Assembly (NCBI GenBank): GCA_014728035.1
Contig: WJMJ01000022.1
Location: 83,608-147,607, forward strand
Length of the DNA stretch: 64,000 nt
Direction: 5' to 3'
Source: Promethearchaeota archaeon
Lineage (GTDB): Archaea; Asgardarchaeota; Thorarchaeia; Thorarchaeales; Thorarchaeaceae
Under the pieces are notes generated by a model that made no database searches, had not been told where the DNA came from, and worked only from the letters and a program-made list of their open reading frames with translations. Shown one piece after another: positions 1-8,935 of this stretch (positions are counted from its first letter, which is position 1; each line of letters begins with the position of its first letter). The position numbers and the translations under genes were made by a program.

Positions 1-1
1 C

Positions 2-136
2 TTTGCACTTCTGATTACATCAGATGGTGTAATATTCCTTCATGCCTATGTTTCGTTTGATCCTCCAGAAGGAGGCGATCCCGGTCCACCGTTGTATCCT
101 GATGCAGAGATCAATGAAACCGTAAATCTGATGTAA
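2..136 (+). CDS. 3' end of a gene running in from the left edge (hypothetical; ...FALLITSDGVIFLHAYVSFDPPEGGDPGPPLYPDAEINETVNLM*)
   Basis: Open frame from position 2 to TAA at 134-136, translated by hand; same strand as and just upstream of the next gene. Confidence 0.5.
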   Translation, partial: FALLITSDGVIFLHAYVSFDPPEGGDPGPPLYPDAEINETVNLM

Positions 137-178
137 ACAATGGAATCAAATAGGATCAAATCTAGATAAAGAGAGAGA

Positions 179-1309
179 GTGTGTGTAGCGGTGAGCGGGA
201 ATCTAATGAAGGATTATCTGTCATTATTGATTGCCATACAGAATAATCCCTTTGGAACCACAGACGAGCTATCTAGTGAATCCGATATATCTAAACCCAC
301 AGTTATCAAAAGGTTGCGTGTTCTACAAGGTGAAAAACGACTTATCCCTGAGGAAGATCCAAAGAAGTATTTCTCAGTAAAACCCATTCTCAACTATTCT
401 GCACTTGGATTGGAACCTGTTGATATACTTGCAGAAACCTCTGACTTGCAGTCCACAGAAATTCTGGAAAATGTCGCTTACGAGCACCCTTATACTGCTT
501 ACAGAAGCAGATGTTTTGGAAATCCAAATGGGGTGTTGTTTCAATTTAGAACTCCAGCTGGCACCTCCAACCTAATTCAAGAGTTATTCGAAATACTCTG
601 GAATCGAGGAACAATATCAGGTTATCATATTCTACCCGTCAAAGATTCTATTCTACGATACACATCGATGCAACTTACTGGATGGAATGAGAATGACTCT
701 AGGTGGGAATTCGATTGGAAAAGATGGTTCAAAGCATCGACCCGCAAAAGGGTCGAGTCGCATAAGACTTCCACATCCGTGTTAGAAACTTTGACTAAAG
801 ATGATTTGCATATTCTTCGTGAACTTATGGTGGATTCCCGTAGGAAGAACCTTGAGATTATAGAACAATTAGCTCAGCGTGGAGTTGATTTTACACCTCA
901 GACTTATAGCCGTCATCAACAGATGATTAAAGACCAATGTACTCTGGGGTTTAGAGTAGCGATTGATCCTGAACCGTTTGATGTATTAACTAACTTACTT
1001 GTGATAGGAACCGCAGATTCTGAGTATCTGCAAGAACTAGTTGCAAAGACCCAATTCATACCTTTCCCATTCGAATCTACAATTAGGATATCCAACAATC
1101 ATCTGTTTTGGTATATCAGGTTAAATCAAGACCACGTTTCACCACTGCTAAATGGGCTCTTTGAAAAAATAGAAAATATGCGGGTCTGTTTCCTAGACTA
1201 CCGGAACTCGTTTCTCTACAACATCTGGCCTGATGCATTTGATGAAGAAGAAAAAGAATGGCGAGTTGATAGAGCCTTCATGATAGACCGTGTTACCGAC
1301 AGTCTATGA
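179..1309 (+). CDS. Lrp/AsnC-like transcriptional regulator with two tandem wHTH+ligand-binding modules
   Basis: N-terminal HTH (TTDELSSESDISKPTVIKRLRVL) and a second HTH (LTKDDLHILRELMVDSRRKNLEII...TYSRH), each followed by a beta/alpha domain; true start probably 191 or 206. Confidence 0.65.
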   Translation: MCVAVSGNLMKDYLSLLIAIQNNPFGTTDELSSESDISKPTVIKRLRVLQGEKRLIPEEDPKKYFSVKPILNYSALGLEPVDILAETSDLQSTEILENVAYEHPYTAYRSRCFGNPNGVLFQFRTPAGTSNLIQELFEILWNRGTISGYHILPVKDSILRYTSMQLTGWNENDSRWEFDWKRWFKASTRKRVESHKTSTSVLETLTKDDLHILRELMVDSRRKNLEIIEQLAQRGVDFTPQTYSRHQQMIKDQCTLGFRVAIDPEPFDVLTNLLVIGTADSEYLQELVAKTQFIPFPFESTIRISNNHLFWYIRLNQDHVSPLLNGLFEKIENMRVCFLDYRNSFLYNIWPDAFDEEEKEWRVDRAFMIDRVTDSL

Positions 1310-1323
1310 AGACTCAATCAACA

Positions 1324-2367
1324 TTAGTTGCCTTTTGTTACTTTGAATACTGATATTGGTGTGGCTGTTTCGAATCTTGCTGCTCCTGCTTCTTTTACCC
1401 ATTCTTCCATGGTGTCTTTGTAAAAGAACCCATAAGCTCCCTCTACGACTTTGAAATGGGCTTCACCATACTTGTTTGCGTCTGGGTAGAAATTCTGAGT
1501 GCCAAATAGGAAACCGCCAGGTTTTAGCACACGAAGCATCTCTGTGATGGCACTTTTTGGATCTGTCCAGTGTAGCACTTGGGATGCATAGACAATATCA
1601 AAGGTCTCATCATCGAAGGGGATGTTTTCAGCATATCCTGGATGAAACTCCACCGGGAATTCGTTTACTTTGTCTTTGATACTCATGTCATGTCCGTTGT
1701 GCTCGGAGACCATCTGGGCAAACTCCTCTTGTGCTATCCGAAGAAGATTCTCATCTGGATCGATTGCTACTATCTGCATTGGGGACCCATTTTGGAATAG
1801 ATCGTTTTCATAGTAGTAAGACCAGATTGCGGCTGTTCCCCGGCCGTTTCCAGAGCCTACATCTAGAAATCTTATAGGCTCTTTCAGCGCGTCTGCAAAA
1901 GCAAAAGCTGCGCGGCGAATTTGTTCATAGAGCTTGTTTGACAGTGCGTCGTCCCAGTTGAATAGATTGAGACCTCCTGTAAATTCAATGTACTTCCCTC
2001 TAAGTCTGTCAGGTATAGCTCTTGCGTGGTCAACCCAAAGTTCTTGCATGGCATCATCAAAACAGCTTGGGCATTGCCAGGCAAATTGAATCTCTTCGTC
2101 GATGAAAAGGTGGTCATCATCTTGTTCGATCACGCCATCCTCTAGCAAGATTGATAGAAGATATTCTAGGAATTCAATATCTGTATATTTGTACTCCGAT
2201 GCAATCTCCATGATAGTTTTAGGTTCTCTCAGTAAGTCGAACCAACCTTCATTTCTTAAAACTCCCAGAATATTTCCTCGAAAGAAGATGTCTATTTCTG
2301 TTCTGAGTTTTGACACATTCAAACCAAGTTTCATTAGTTCTTTCCAAGCTTTCAATTTTCTAATCAT
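1324..2367 (-). CDS. Class I SAM-dependent methyltransferase (Methyltransf_11/UbiE-like) with N-terminal wHTH-like domain
   Basis: Motif I FLDVGSGNG, post-I AIDPD, AENIPFDDETFDIV, LHW, EMLRVLKPGG; GGAGGTG SD upstream. Confidence 0.85.
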   Translation of the reverse strand: MIRKLKAWKELMKLGLNVSKLRTEIDIFFRGNILGVLRNEGWFDLLREPKTIMEIASEYKYTDIEFLEYLLSILLEDGVIEQDDDHLFIDEEIQFAWQCPSCFDDAMQELWVDHARAIPDRLRGKYIEFTGGLNLFNWDDALSNKLYEQIRRAAFAFADALKEPIRFLDVGSGNGRGTAAIWSYYYENDLFQNGSPMQIVAIDPDENLLRIAQEEFAQMVSEHNGHDMSIKDKVNEFPVEFHPGYAENIPFDDETFDIVYASQVLHWTDPKSAITEMLRVLKPGGFLFGTQNFYPDANKYGEAHFKVVEGAYGFFYKDTMEEWVKEAGAARFETATPISVFKVTKGN

Positions 2368-2381
2368 AATTTCACCTCCTT

Positions 2382-3296
2382 TTATCTTAGTAGCCCTCGC
2401 CTATCCACATAATCTAGCATATCGAAAATTTGTGAAATCTTACCTATTTGCCCCTGTTCGAGGAGATTGATTACACTTGCAGTTCCACTTAACAGTGGCA
2501 TAAGAATTTCTTTTGCAAAGGGATATTTGCGTTCAACTCGCTCCACAATAGATGGTATTCGAGGTATGAATCCAAATTCAATTTTTGAGTATAGTCGATC
2601 ATCGGAAGCCAACCTGATTAGTATCTCTGGATTTATCTTTGGATATTCTGATATTACATGCAATCCTAGAATGAGTAAACGTTTGTCAGGTATTGCATCC
2701 CGATGTGTGTTTTTTGTCAGCTCTTTAAGAAGAATTTTGATAGATGTTATAGCTGCCGCTCCCTTAGCGGTCACGCAGGCAACTCTTGAATTATTAATCC
2801 AGATTCGCAAGTCTTGATCTGCAATTGTAAAACTCATCTCCTCTGGTAGAGTTTCATATACGCGTTCTGCCTCCTCTACTTTTTTATCGAGTAACCTAGC
2901 AAGTTCTAACAATCGCACTTTCTCGCTTCCTAGCCCTTCCATGACCCACGAGTCAATTCTGTCCATAATGAATACATTCTCAAGGTAGGGGTGCGTATGT
3001 AGTGCATCAGGTTTTTGAGATACTAGCCAGAGTCTTTTTTCTTCTTCGAGCTTATCAATCTGTTCGACAAAAGCATCTTTGTGACCACGGAATAGATGTT
3101 TATGGTCCACAACTACAGTGTTAACATGACGTTCATTTCCAATCTCGTGAGCAACTCGATACGTTGTGAGTTGCATACCAAAGAATTTCTCATGTGTTGT
3201 CTTTGACTCGAATGTTGTTGGGTTTTCAGGATCAAATTTGATAGGCTCATTACATACAGCACATTGAAACTGTGTTATCTGTTGAATTTGACTCAC
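2382..3296 (-). CDS. Hypothetical protein: N-terminal CxxC/His Zn-binding domain, central longin/roadblock-like region, C-terminal winged helix
   Basis: GTG start overlaps the GTPase TAG at 3296 and follows AAGGAGGT; CAVC...H...HVNTVVVD..RG; C-terminal LLSGTASVINLL...FDMLDYVDRRGLL. Confidence 0.6.
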   Translation of the reverse strand: MSQIQQITQFQCAVCNEPIKFDPENPTTFESKTTHEKFFGMQLTTYRVAHEIGNERHVNTVVVDHKHLFRGHKDAFVEQIDKLEEEKRLWLVSQKPDALHTHPYLENVFIMDRIDSWVMEGLGSEKVRLLELARLLDKKVEEAERVYETLPEEMSFTIADQDLRIWINNSRVACVTAKGAAAITSIKILLKELTKNTHRDAIPDKRLLILGLHVISEYPKINPEILIRLASDDRLYSKIEFGFIPRIPSIVERVERKYPFAKEILMPLLSGTASVINLLEQGQIGKISQIFDMLDYVDRRGLLR

Positions 3297-3961
3297 TATG
3301 CTACCTCCTTTTTGAAGAGATGGTCCACCAGCCAACGTTTTATACCATTCATTCCTTGTCCTGTCATACAGCTAATCTCAAAATATTCAACTATCTGGGG
3401 ATTGCCATGGAGAATCGCTTCAATCAACCCTTTGTCCATGGTGCAGTTCAAATCACACTTGTTTCTGACTAGGATAAAGTCGGGAGTTGGGCTTTTTGTC
3501 TGTGATATATAATAGCCAGTCAGCAAGTCCATCCATTCAGTCAAATCAATTAATGATTGAATATTGTCACTTGCAAAAACAAGGATGACTACATCCACAC
3601 CTCCGAGAGCAGTTCGACTAATATCTTTGAGTGCATGAATAGGGGAGTCGAGCTGTCCAGAAATATCGACCATTTGACATACTCCAGTAATGTCTTCCTC
3701 TACTAGATCGGAAGCTGCTATTGCAGATAGGTCGATGAAATGTGTTCGGTGATATTCTGCTTCTCCCTCAAGCAATTCTCCAAGGCTCTTTTTCTCTCTC
3801 AGAACCGTTAGTAAGCTGGTTTTTCCAACGGCCCCAGACCCTGCCATCAGAATCTTTCTGATTCCTTTTCGCAGTTTTATTTCTTCTATCATACTCCGGG
3901 ATGTTTCAGGCTCGTGTTCTTTGGCAGTCAATTTACTCGCACTCATTTTTATCACAGGCAA
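3296..3961 (-). CDS. Ras-superfamily small GTPase
   Basis: G1 GSGAVGKTS, G2 HRT, G3 DISGQ, G4 NKCD, G5 EISC. Confidence 0.9.
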   Translation of the reverse strand: MPVIKMSASKLTAKEHEPETSRSMIEEIKLRKGIRKILMAGSGAVGKTSLLTVLREKKSLGELLEGEAEYHRTHFIDLSAIAASDLVEEDITGVCQMVDISGQLDSPIHALKDISRTALGGVDVVILVFASDNIQSLIDLTEWMDLLTGYYISQTKSPTPDFILVRNKCDLNCTMDKGLIEAILHGNPQIVEYFEISCMTGQGMNGIKRWLVDHLFKKEVA

Positions 3962-4225
3962 ATATACTCCATTATGATATAATAGTAAAATTTAGATATA
4001 AATCTTTACTATTCTACCACTTTCTATTTTTTGCAAAACTGTGCTTTTTTCTAATAGTTAGAAAAAATTGACCATAGAAATATTAGACAAAAAGAGTCGT
4101 TTTTGTATGAGTGAACTAAGGATGTATTGTGTTCTTAGTAGAGATATTTGATTGCGCATGCGAGTACTTTATAGCAGACTTCTTTTTCGGTTCCATAGTC
4201 AATACCACCAATCGAGGTCAATACA

Positions 4226-7129
4226 GTGAGTGAATTCATTAAAATCGAGAAAAAATGGCAGAAACGCTGGAAGAAAGACAAGGTCTTTGAAGCTGACCCG
4301 ATTTCAAAAAAGAATAAGTTCTTTCTCACAGTTCCCTATCCATATACAAATGGAGCATTACATATCGGTCACGGAAGAACATACACTGTTGGAGATCTAA
4401 TTGCTCGATATAAACGAATGCGTGGCTATAATGTTCTGTTTCCTATGGCTTCACACATGACAGGTACGCCTATTCTGGGTATGGTTGAAAGAATCAAAGC
4501 CGGTGATCCAAAAGCTATAGAGCAGTACACACGAGACCTGCGTTTGTATTTTGACACAGAGGATGAAGTAGAAGCTCAGTTAGCAAAATTCACAGATCCC
4601 TGGGTGACTGCAAAATTCTTTGCTGATATCATCTCTAAAGACTTTGATGCACTTGGGTATAGTATTGACTGGAGAAGAAAATTCACAACTGGCGATAAGA
4701 TATACAATGCATTCATTCGATGGCAGTATCTCAAGTTTAAAGAAAAGGGATACATCAAACAGGGAAACTATCCCTTACTATTTTGTCCAAACTGTGGCAA
4801 TCCCGTAGGAGAGGATGACCTACTAGAGGGTGAAACCGCTAAGGTAAAGGAATTTGTGGCAATAAAATTCCCGTTCGAAGATGGCTTTCTAGTACCAGCA
4901 ACCCTTCGTCCAGAAACCATCTTTGGGATAACCAACATGTGGATTAACCCAAGTGCGACATACGTTTGGGCAAATGTTGATGGCGAGAAATGGGTGGTGG
5001 CAAAAGCAGCAGTCGAGAAGCTGAAGCTTCAAGCTAAAGAGGTTGAAATCCTCGAAGAGTTTCCCGGGTCAGAAATCATTGGTAAGTCTCACAAGGCTAT
5101 TCACGAAGACAGAGATGTACCCATTCTTCCAGCTCCCTTTGTAAATCCTCAGAATGCAACAGGTGTTGTTTATTCAGTTCCTGGTCATGCACCGTTTGAC
5201 TATATTGCCTTACGTGACTTGTGGGATGACCCATCAGGATTGGATAAGTATGGTATCACGCCTGAAGACGTCCACGCTATTGAGATAATCGGGATGATTG
5301 ACATCAAAGGTTATGGCAAGTATCCTGCAAAAGAAGCTGTTGAGAAACGAGATATCAAGTCGCAGAGCGAAGGCCAAAAACTGGAAGATGCAACTCAAGA
5401 AATCTACAAAGCAGAATTCTATGAGGGCAAAATGAAGGACAACTGTGGTGAATTTTCAGGTCGTCTGATTAAAGAAGTCAAAGATGACGTGATTGCTTGG
5501 CTAAAAAAGAATAACCGCTGTGATAAATTCTATGAACCAGATACACGTCCTGTGGTCTGTAAATGCGGTACTGATGTACAAGTCGGTGTCTTTGCAGGTC
5601 AGTGGTTTCTTGATTATCAAAGCGAGGGTTGGAAGGAAACAGCTTGGAAAGCATTGAATGAGATGGATATCGTTCCTGAAACTTTCAGAAATCTGTTTGA
5701 AGCTACCTTTGATTGGTTAACACAACGTCCTTGCGCAAGGAAGCGTGGTATTGGTACTCGTTTACCATTTGACGAGGAATGGATAATTGAGTCATTATCA
5801 GACTCTACAATCTATATGGCATTCTATACAATCGCTCATCATATCAAACAAAATAAGATTAAAGAAGACCAATTGGTTCCTGAAGTCTTCGATTATGTCT
5901 TTCTAGGAAAACGGACTCCTGCTAAAATTGCTGAGCAGACTGGAATTGATGCAAAATTACTCAAGACAATGCGTAATGAGTTCAAGTATTGGTATCCAAA
6001 TGATCAACGGCACACAGCGCCCTCACACATCTCTAATCATTTGAGTTTCGCAATATTTCATCATGTAGCTATCTTTCCAGAGAAAAACTGGATACAATGT
6101 ATCAGCTTGAATGAGCATGTCAATCTGGAAGGAATGAAGATGTCCAAGAGCAAAGGTAATGTCATTCCACTTGTTGAAATACCCAAAAAATACGGGGCTG
6201 ATGTCTATCGTACATACGCGATATCAGCAGCAGAACCTGGAAGTCTCATGGACTTTCGTGAAAAGGATGTACCTGCTGTCCGTAACCGAATCAATAACTT
6301 TCAAGAGATTGTTACGAAATATTCCAAGAAAACACCAAAAGTCTATAGAAAGAAAGACAAGCCCACTTTGATGACACGTTGGCTGTTATCTAAAGTCAAT
6401 TCACTCGTAGACCAATGTACCACTGATTTGGATAACTTCCGTCTTCGTGATTATGCTATTCGAGCGACATCGGAGATGGCACGAGCAGTCAATATGTATC
6501 TAAATCGGCCTGAAGTGCCAGATGAAGAACGTGATGGTACACTGGCATATGTTGCTGATATCTGGGTCAGGTTGATGGCTCCCATGACTCCCCACATTTC
6601 TGAAGAGCTCTGGCATAAGCTGGGGCGTGATAATTATGTTTCTCTGACCGATTGGCCGAAAGCTGACAAAAAACTGATTGATTCTGCTGTGGAATCCTCT
6701 CTTGAAGTAGTTAGAAACACTCTGGCTGATGTTCGTGAAATCACCCGATTATTGAAAGATAAAACTCCATCCAAGGTGTACATGTATGTGGCACCACAAT
6801 GGATGTTTGATGCAATGAATAGTATTGAAGAGGCTAACATACCCACAATCATTGGAAAGATTATGAAGCACCTCATGTCTAATCCTGAGTTTCGAAAACA
6901 TGGCAAAGAGGTCAAGTCCATTGTTGACCGTATCGCCAAAGAGAATGGATTATGGGTACATTCAGAGAGTGCTAAGGATGAGATACAGATTCTAGAAGAT
7001 TCTACATCATTCTTAGAAACCGAATTAGGCCTAAAGGTGATTATTCATTCTGCAGAAGAACCTGAATACGATCCACAAAACAAAGCTCGTTTCGCATTAC
7101 CCGGTCGTCCCTCTCTATTGCTCGAGTAA
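4226..7129 (+). CDS. leuS: Leucyl-tRNA synthetase, archaeal/eukaryal type
   Basis: PYPYTNGALHIGH, ATLRPET editing-domain motif, KMSKS, C-terminal ALPGRPSLLLE. Confidence 0.97.
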   Translation: MSEFIKIEKKWQKRWKKDKVFEADPISKKNKFFLTVPYPYTNGALHIGHGRTYTVGDLIARYKRMRGYNVLFPMASHMTGTPILGMVERIKAGDPKAIEQYTRDLRLYFDTEDEVEAQLAKFTDPWVTAKFFADIISKDFDALGYSIDWRRKFTTGDKIYNAFIRWQYLKFKEKGYIKQGNYPLLFCPNCGNPVGEDDLLEGETAKVKEFVAIKFPFEDGFLVPATLRPETIFGITNMWINPSATYVWANVDGEKWVVAKAAVEKLKLQAKEVEILEEFPGSEIIGKSHKAIHEDRDVPILPAPFVNPQNATGVVYSVPGHAPFDYIALRDLWDDPSGLDKYGITPEDVHAIEIIGMIDIKGYGKYPAKEAVEKRDIKSQSEGQKLEDATQEIYKAEFYEGKMKDNCGEFSGRLIKEVKDDVIAWLKKNNRCDKFYEPDTRPVVCKCGTDVQVGVFAGQWFLDYQSEGWKETAWKALNEMDIVPETFRNLFEATFDWLTQRPCARKRGIGTRLPFDEEWIIESLSDSTIYMAFYTIAHHIKQNKIKEDQLVPEVFDYVFLGKRTPAKIAEQTGIDAKLLKTMRNEFKYWYPNDQRHTAPSHISNHLSFAIFHHVAIFPEKNWIQCISLNEHVNLEGMKMSKSKGNVIPLVEIPKKYGADVYRTYAISAAEPGSLMDFREKDVPAVRNRINNFQEIVTKYSKKTPKVYRKKDKPTLMTRWLLSKVNSLVDQCTTDLDNFRLRDYAIRATSEMARAVNMYLNRPEVPDEERDGTLAYVADIWVRLMAPMTPHISEELWHKLGRDNYVSLTDWPKADKKLIDSAVESSLEVVRNTLADVREITRLLKDKTPSKVYMYVAPQWMFDAMNSIEEANIPTIIGKIMKHLMSNPEFRKHGKEVKSIVDRIAKENGLWVHSESAKDEIQILEDSTSFLETELGLKVIIHSAEEPEYDPQNKARFALPGRPSLLLE

Positions 7130-7150
7130 CGATTCAAAAACCGAATCGTT
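7128..7150 (+). terminator. Stem-loop immediately after the leuS stop
   Basis: AACGATTC-aaaaacc-GAATCGTT, perfect 8-bp stem. Confidence 0.4.
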
Positions 7151-7220
7151 CACTCAAATTTCATGACTGAAAGGTATTTAATTAACTATATCATATCTTA
7201 GATATGGAGAGGTTATCAGG

Positions 7221-7496
7221 ATGGACATGATACGGGTAGTTTCGCCTCCTCACTGTAGGAAAGGACCAGCAAGATGTTCTGAGTGTAGAAAAGCAGCTCG
7301 AGTCAAAAAAATCTGCCATATTCATGTCTATACCACCACAAGTGAGAATTTCAGGCCCATAATCGAGATGGAGATTCGTGGGATTCCTGGATTTTACGAG
7401 TATGAGATAATTGAGGTCTTTGAATCTCCAAATGATGCTATCGAGTATGCGAAAAGAAATGATATCAGCAATATTGACCTTTCAATGGGACGTTGA
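7221..7496 (+). CDS. Small hypothetical protein, Cys/His-rich N-terminus (possible Zn binding)
   Basis: HCRKGPARCSEC...CH; GGAGAGG SD and TTTA TATA-like element upstream. Confidence 0.65.
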   Translation: MDMIRVVSPPHCRKGPARCSECRKAARVKKICHIHVYTTTSENFRPIIEMEIRGIPGFYEYEIIEVFESPNDAIEYAKRNDISNIDLSMGR

Positions 7497-7499
7497 ATT

Positions 7500-7955
7500 T
7501 CAATAGGTTGTATATCTCGGTTTATTATCCTTAAACCAGCTTGGAACTTCAGCATTATCTACACGGTCAGAAGATGGCATGTATGGTTTAATATCAACGA
7601 TTGGTGTATTATCGAAAGCATCTATCTGATCTATGATTATCTTCTTCGATTCTGGAACTATCCGTTTTATTGCTACAATCGATACTCCAATTGGCGTGGG
7701 TCGACGGGGTGACCGGGTGGCAAATACTCCTGACAGTTCTGCGTTTTCCTTTGGAGGTGTTCCAGTCAAGTTCATTCTGTCTAGTGTTCTATCTTTCTCA
7801 GTAATCCACCAGAGTACAATGATATGAGAGAATTTCTCCATGTTTAAGGTGGCATCCCAAAATTGATCTTCTATCTGTATGAAGATGGTATCGTCATCAG
7901 GTTTTCGTACTCTTCCAACTATCTTTGCACATAATTCAGGTTTGACGTCCATCAT
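7500..7955 (-). CDS. tsaA: tRNA (N6-threonylcarbamoyladenosine(37)-N6)-methyltransferase TrmO/TsaA family
   Basis: GVFATRSPRRPTPIG and IDAFDNTPIVDIKPY signatures. Confidence 0.9.
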   Translation of the reverse strand: MMDVKPELCAKIVGRVRKPDDDTIFIQIEDQFWDATLNMEKFSHIIVLWWITEKDRTLDRMNLTGTPPKENAELSGVFATRSPRRPTPIGVSIVAIKRIVPESKKIIIDQIDAFDNTPIVDIKPYMPSSDRVDNAEVPSWFKDNKPRYTTY

Positions 7956-8038
7956 TTTCTTGACACCAACGAATAGCTACCGACTAATGACGGGAAACTT
8001 CTCCCTCATGAAGCTTCCTCTTGTCAATATACTTCTTA

Positions 8039-8875
8039 CTAGTTAATTGGAAGTTGTATCTCTGTCATTAGTTGTTCAGGAGCTACTTCCTGGGGACTGT
8101 TAAGATACAGTTCCATTAGTGGACCGGTGATTTCATATCCGTTTTCGATTACGAACTCATGCAATCTGGCGTAACCTTGACCGATTTCCGGATATGGGCC
8201 TCGATATGTTGTAGTAGCAACTCCTGCTTCAGGAATTGTTCGTATTTGAAGGTCTTCAGCATCTATTGTGACTCGTCCAGTTATAGGAACTGCAATTTCG
8301 AAATCAGCATTCTCTGGAGTGAATTCCTTTCCATGATGAAGGAACATTATTGGTCCAACAATGCTTACCATATTTCTCTGATTTTCGGGACGGTAGATTT
8401 CCTGCATTATTCTTCCAATCATAGGAGCAATTTGCTGAATCGGGGCGGTTTTTCTTAAAGCCACCACTCGAATATCAGGTACCTGTTTAATACTGGGTTT
8501 GGTAGTTCTGATATAGAATAGTTCTAGAGATTTTTCTTTGTCTAAGAGAATCTTTCTCACGTGTTTTAGACGTTCGATTTCCTTTTCCGTTTCTTTCAAT
8601 CGTTTATCAAACAGCCTATTGAGTAATGAAGTATCCTCGCTCTCAGAAGCCTTCAACAAATCTCTTATCTCTTCCAAGCCGAAACCTAACCAAGATAGTA
8701 ATTTAATCTTGACTCCTGTTTCAATTTGTGGAATGGTATAATACCGGTAACCAGTTAGTGTGTCTTTCTCTTCTGGGATTAGAAGCCCCTTCTTATCATA
8801 GAGTCTAAGCGCTTTTGGAGTGAGCTGAGTGATAATGGAAAATCTTCCAATGGGAATCTTTGAGAGTTCAGACAT
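8039..8875 (-). CDS. MerR-family regulator with C-terminal GyrI-like effector domain (BmrR-like)
   Basis: IGRFS...LTPKALRLYDKKGLL.P...D..TGYRYY, coiled coil, YRGPY, ELYL...TEIQLP. Confidence 0.92.
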   Translation of the reverse strand: MSELSKIPIGRFSIITQLTPKALRLYDKKGLLIPEEKDTLTGYRYYTIPQIETGVKIKLLSWLGFGLEEIRDLLKASESEDTSLLNRLFDKRLKETEKEIERLKHVRKILLDKEKSLELFYIRTTKPSIKQVPDIRVVALRKTAPIQQIAPMIGRIMQEIYRPENQRNMVSIVGPIMFLHHGKEFTPENADFEIAVPITGRVTIDAEDLQIRTIPEAGVATTTYRGPYPEIGQGYARLHEFVIENGYEITGPLMELYLNSPQEVAPEQLMTEIQLPIN

Positions 8876-8909
8876 AATATCGCACTTTCCTGAGTTCTAA
8901 AAAAGGTAC

Positions 8910-8927
8910 GGGAGTTCTAGAACTCCC
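8910..8927. promoter_or_regulatory. Perfect 18-bp palindrome between the GyrI and MerR genes (terminator, attenuator or operator)
   Basis: GGGAGTTCTAGAACTCCC, followed by a T6 tract on the minus strand. Confidence 0.5.
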
Positions 8928-8935
8928 ATTTAATA

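Noticed and set aside
3297-3335. ORF-track start of the GTPase partner at 3335
   Set aside because: Lies inside the GTPase gene; GTG at 3296 has a strong SD and stop-start coupling
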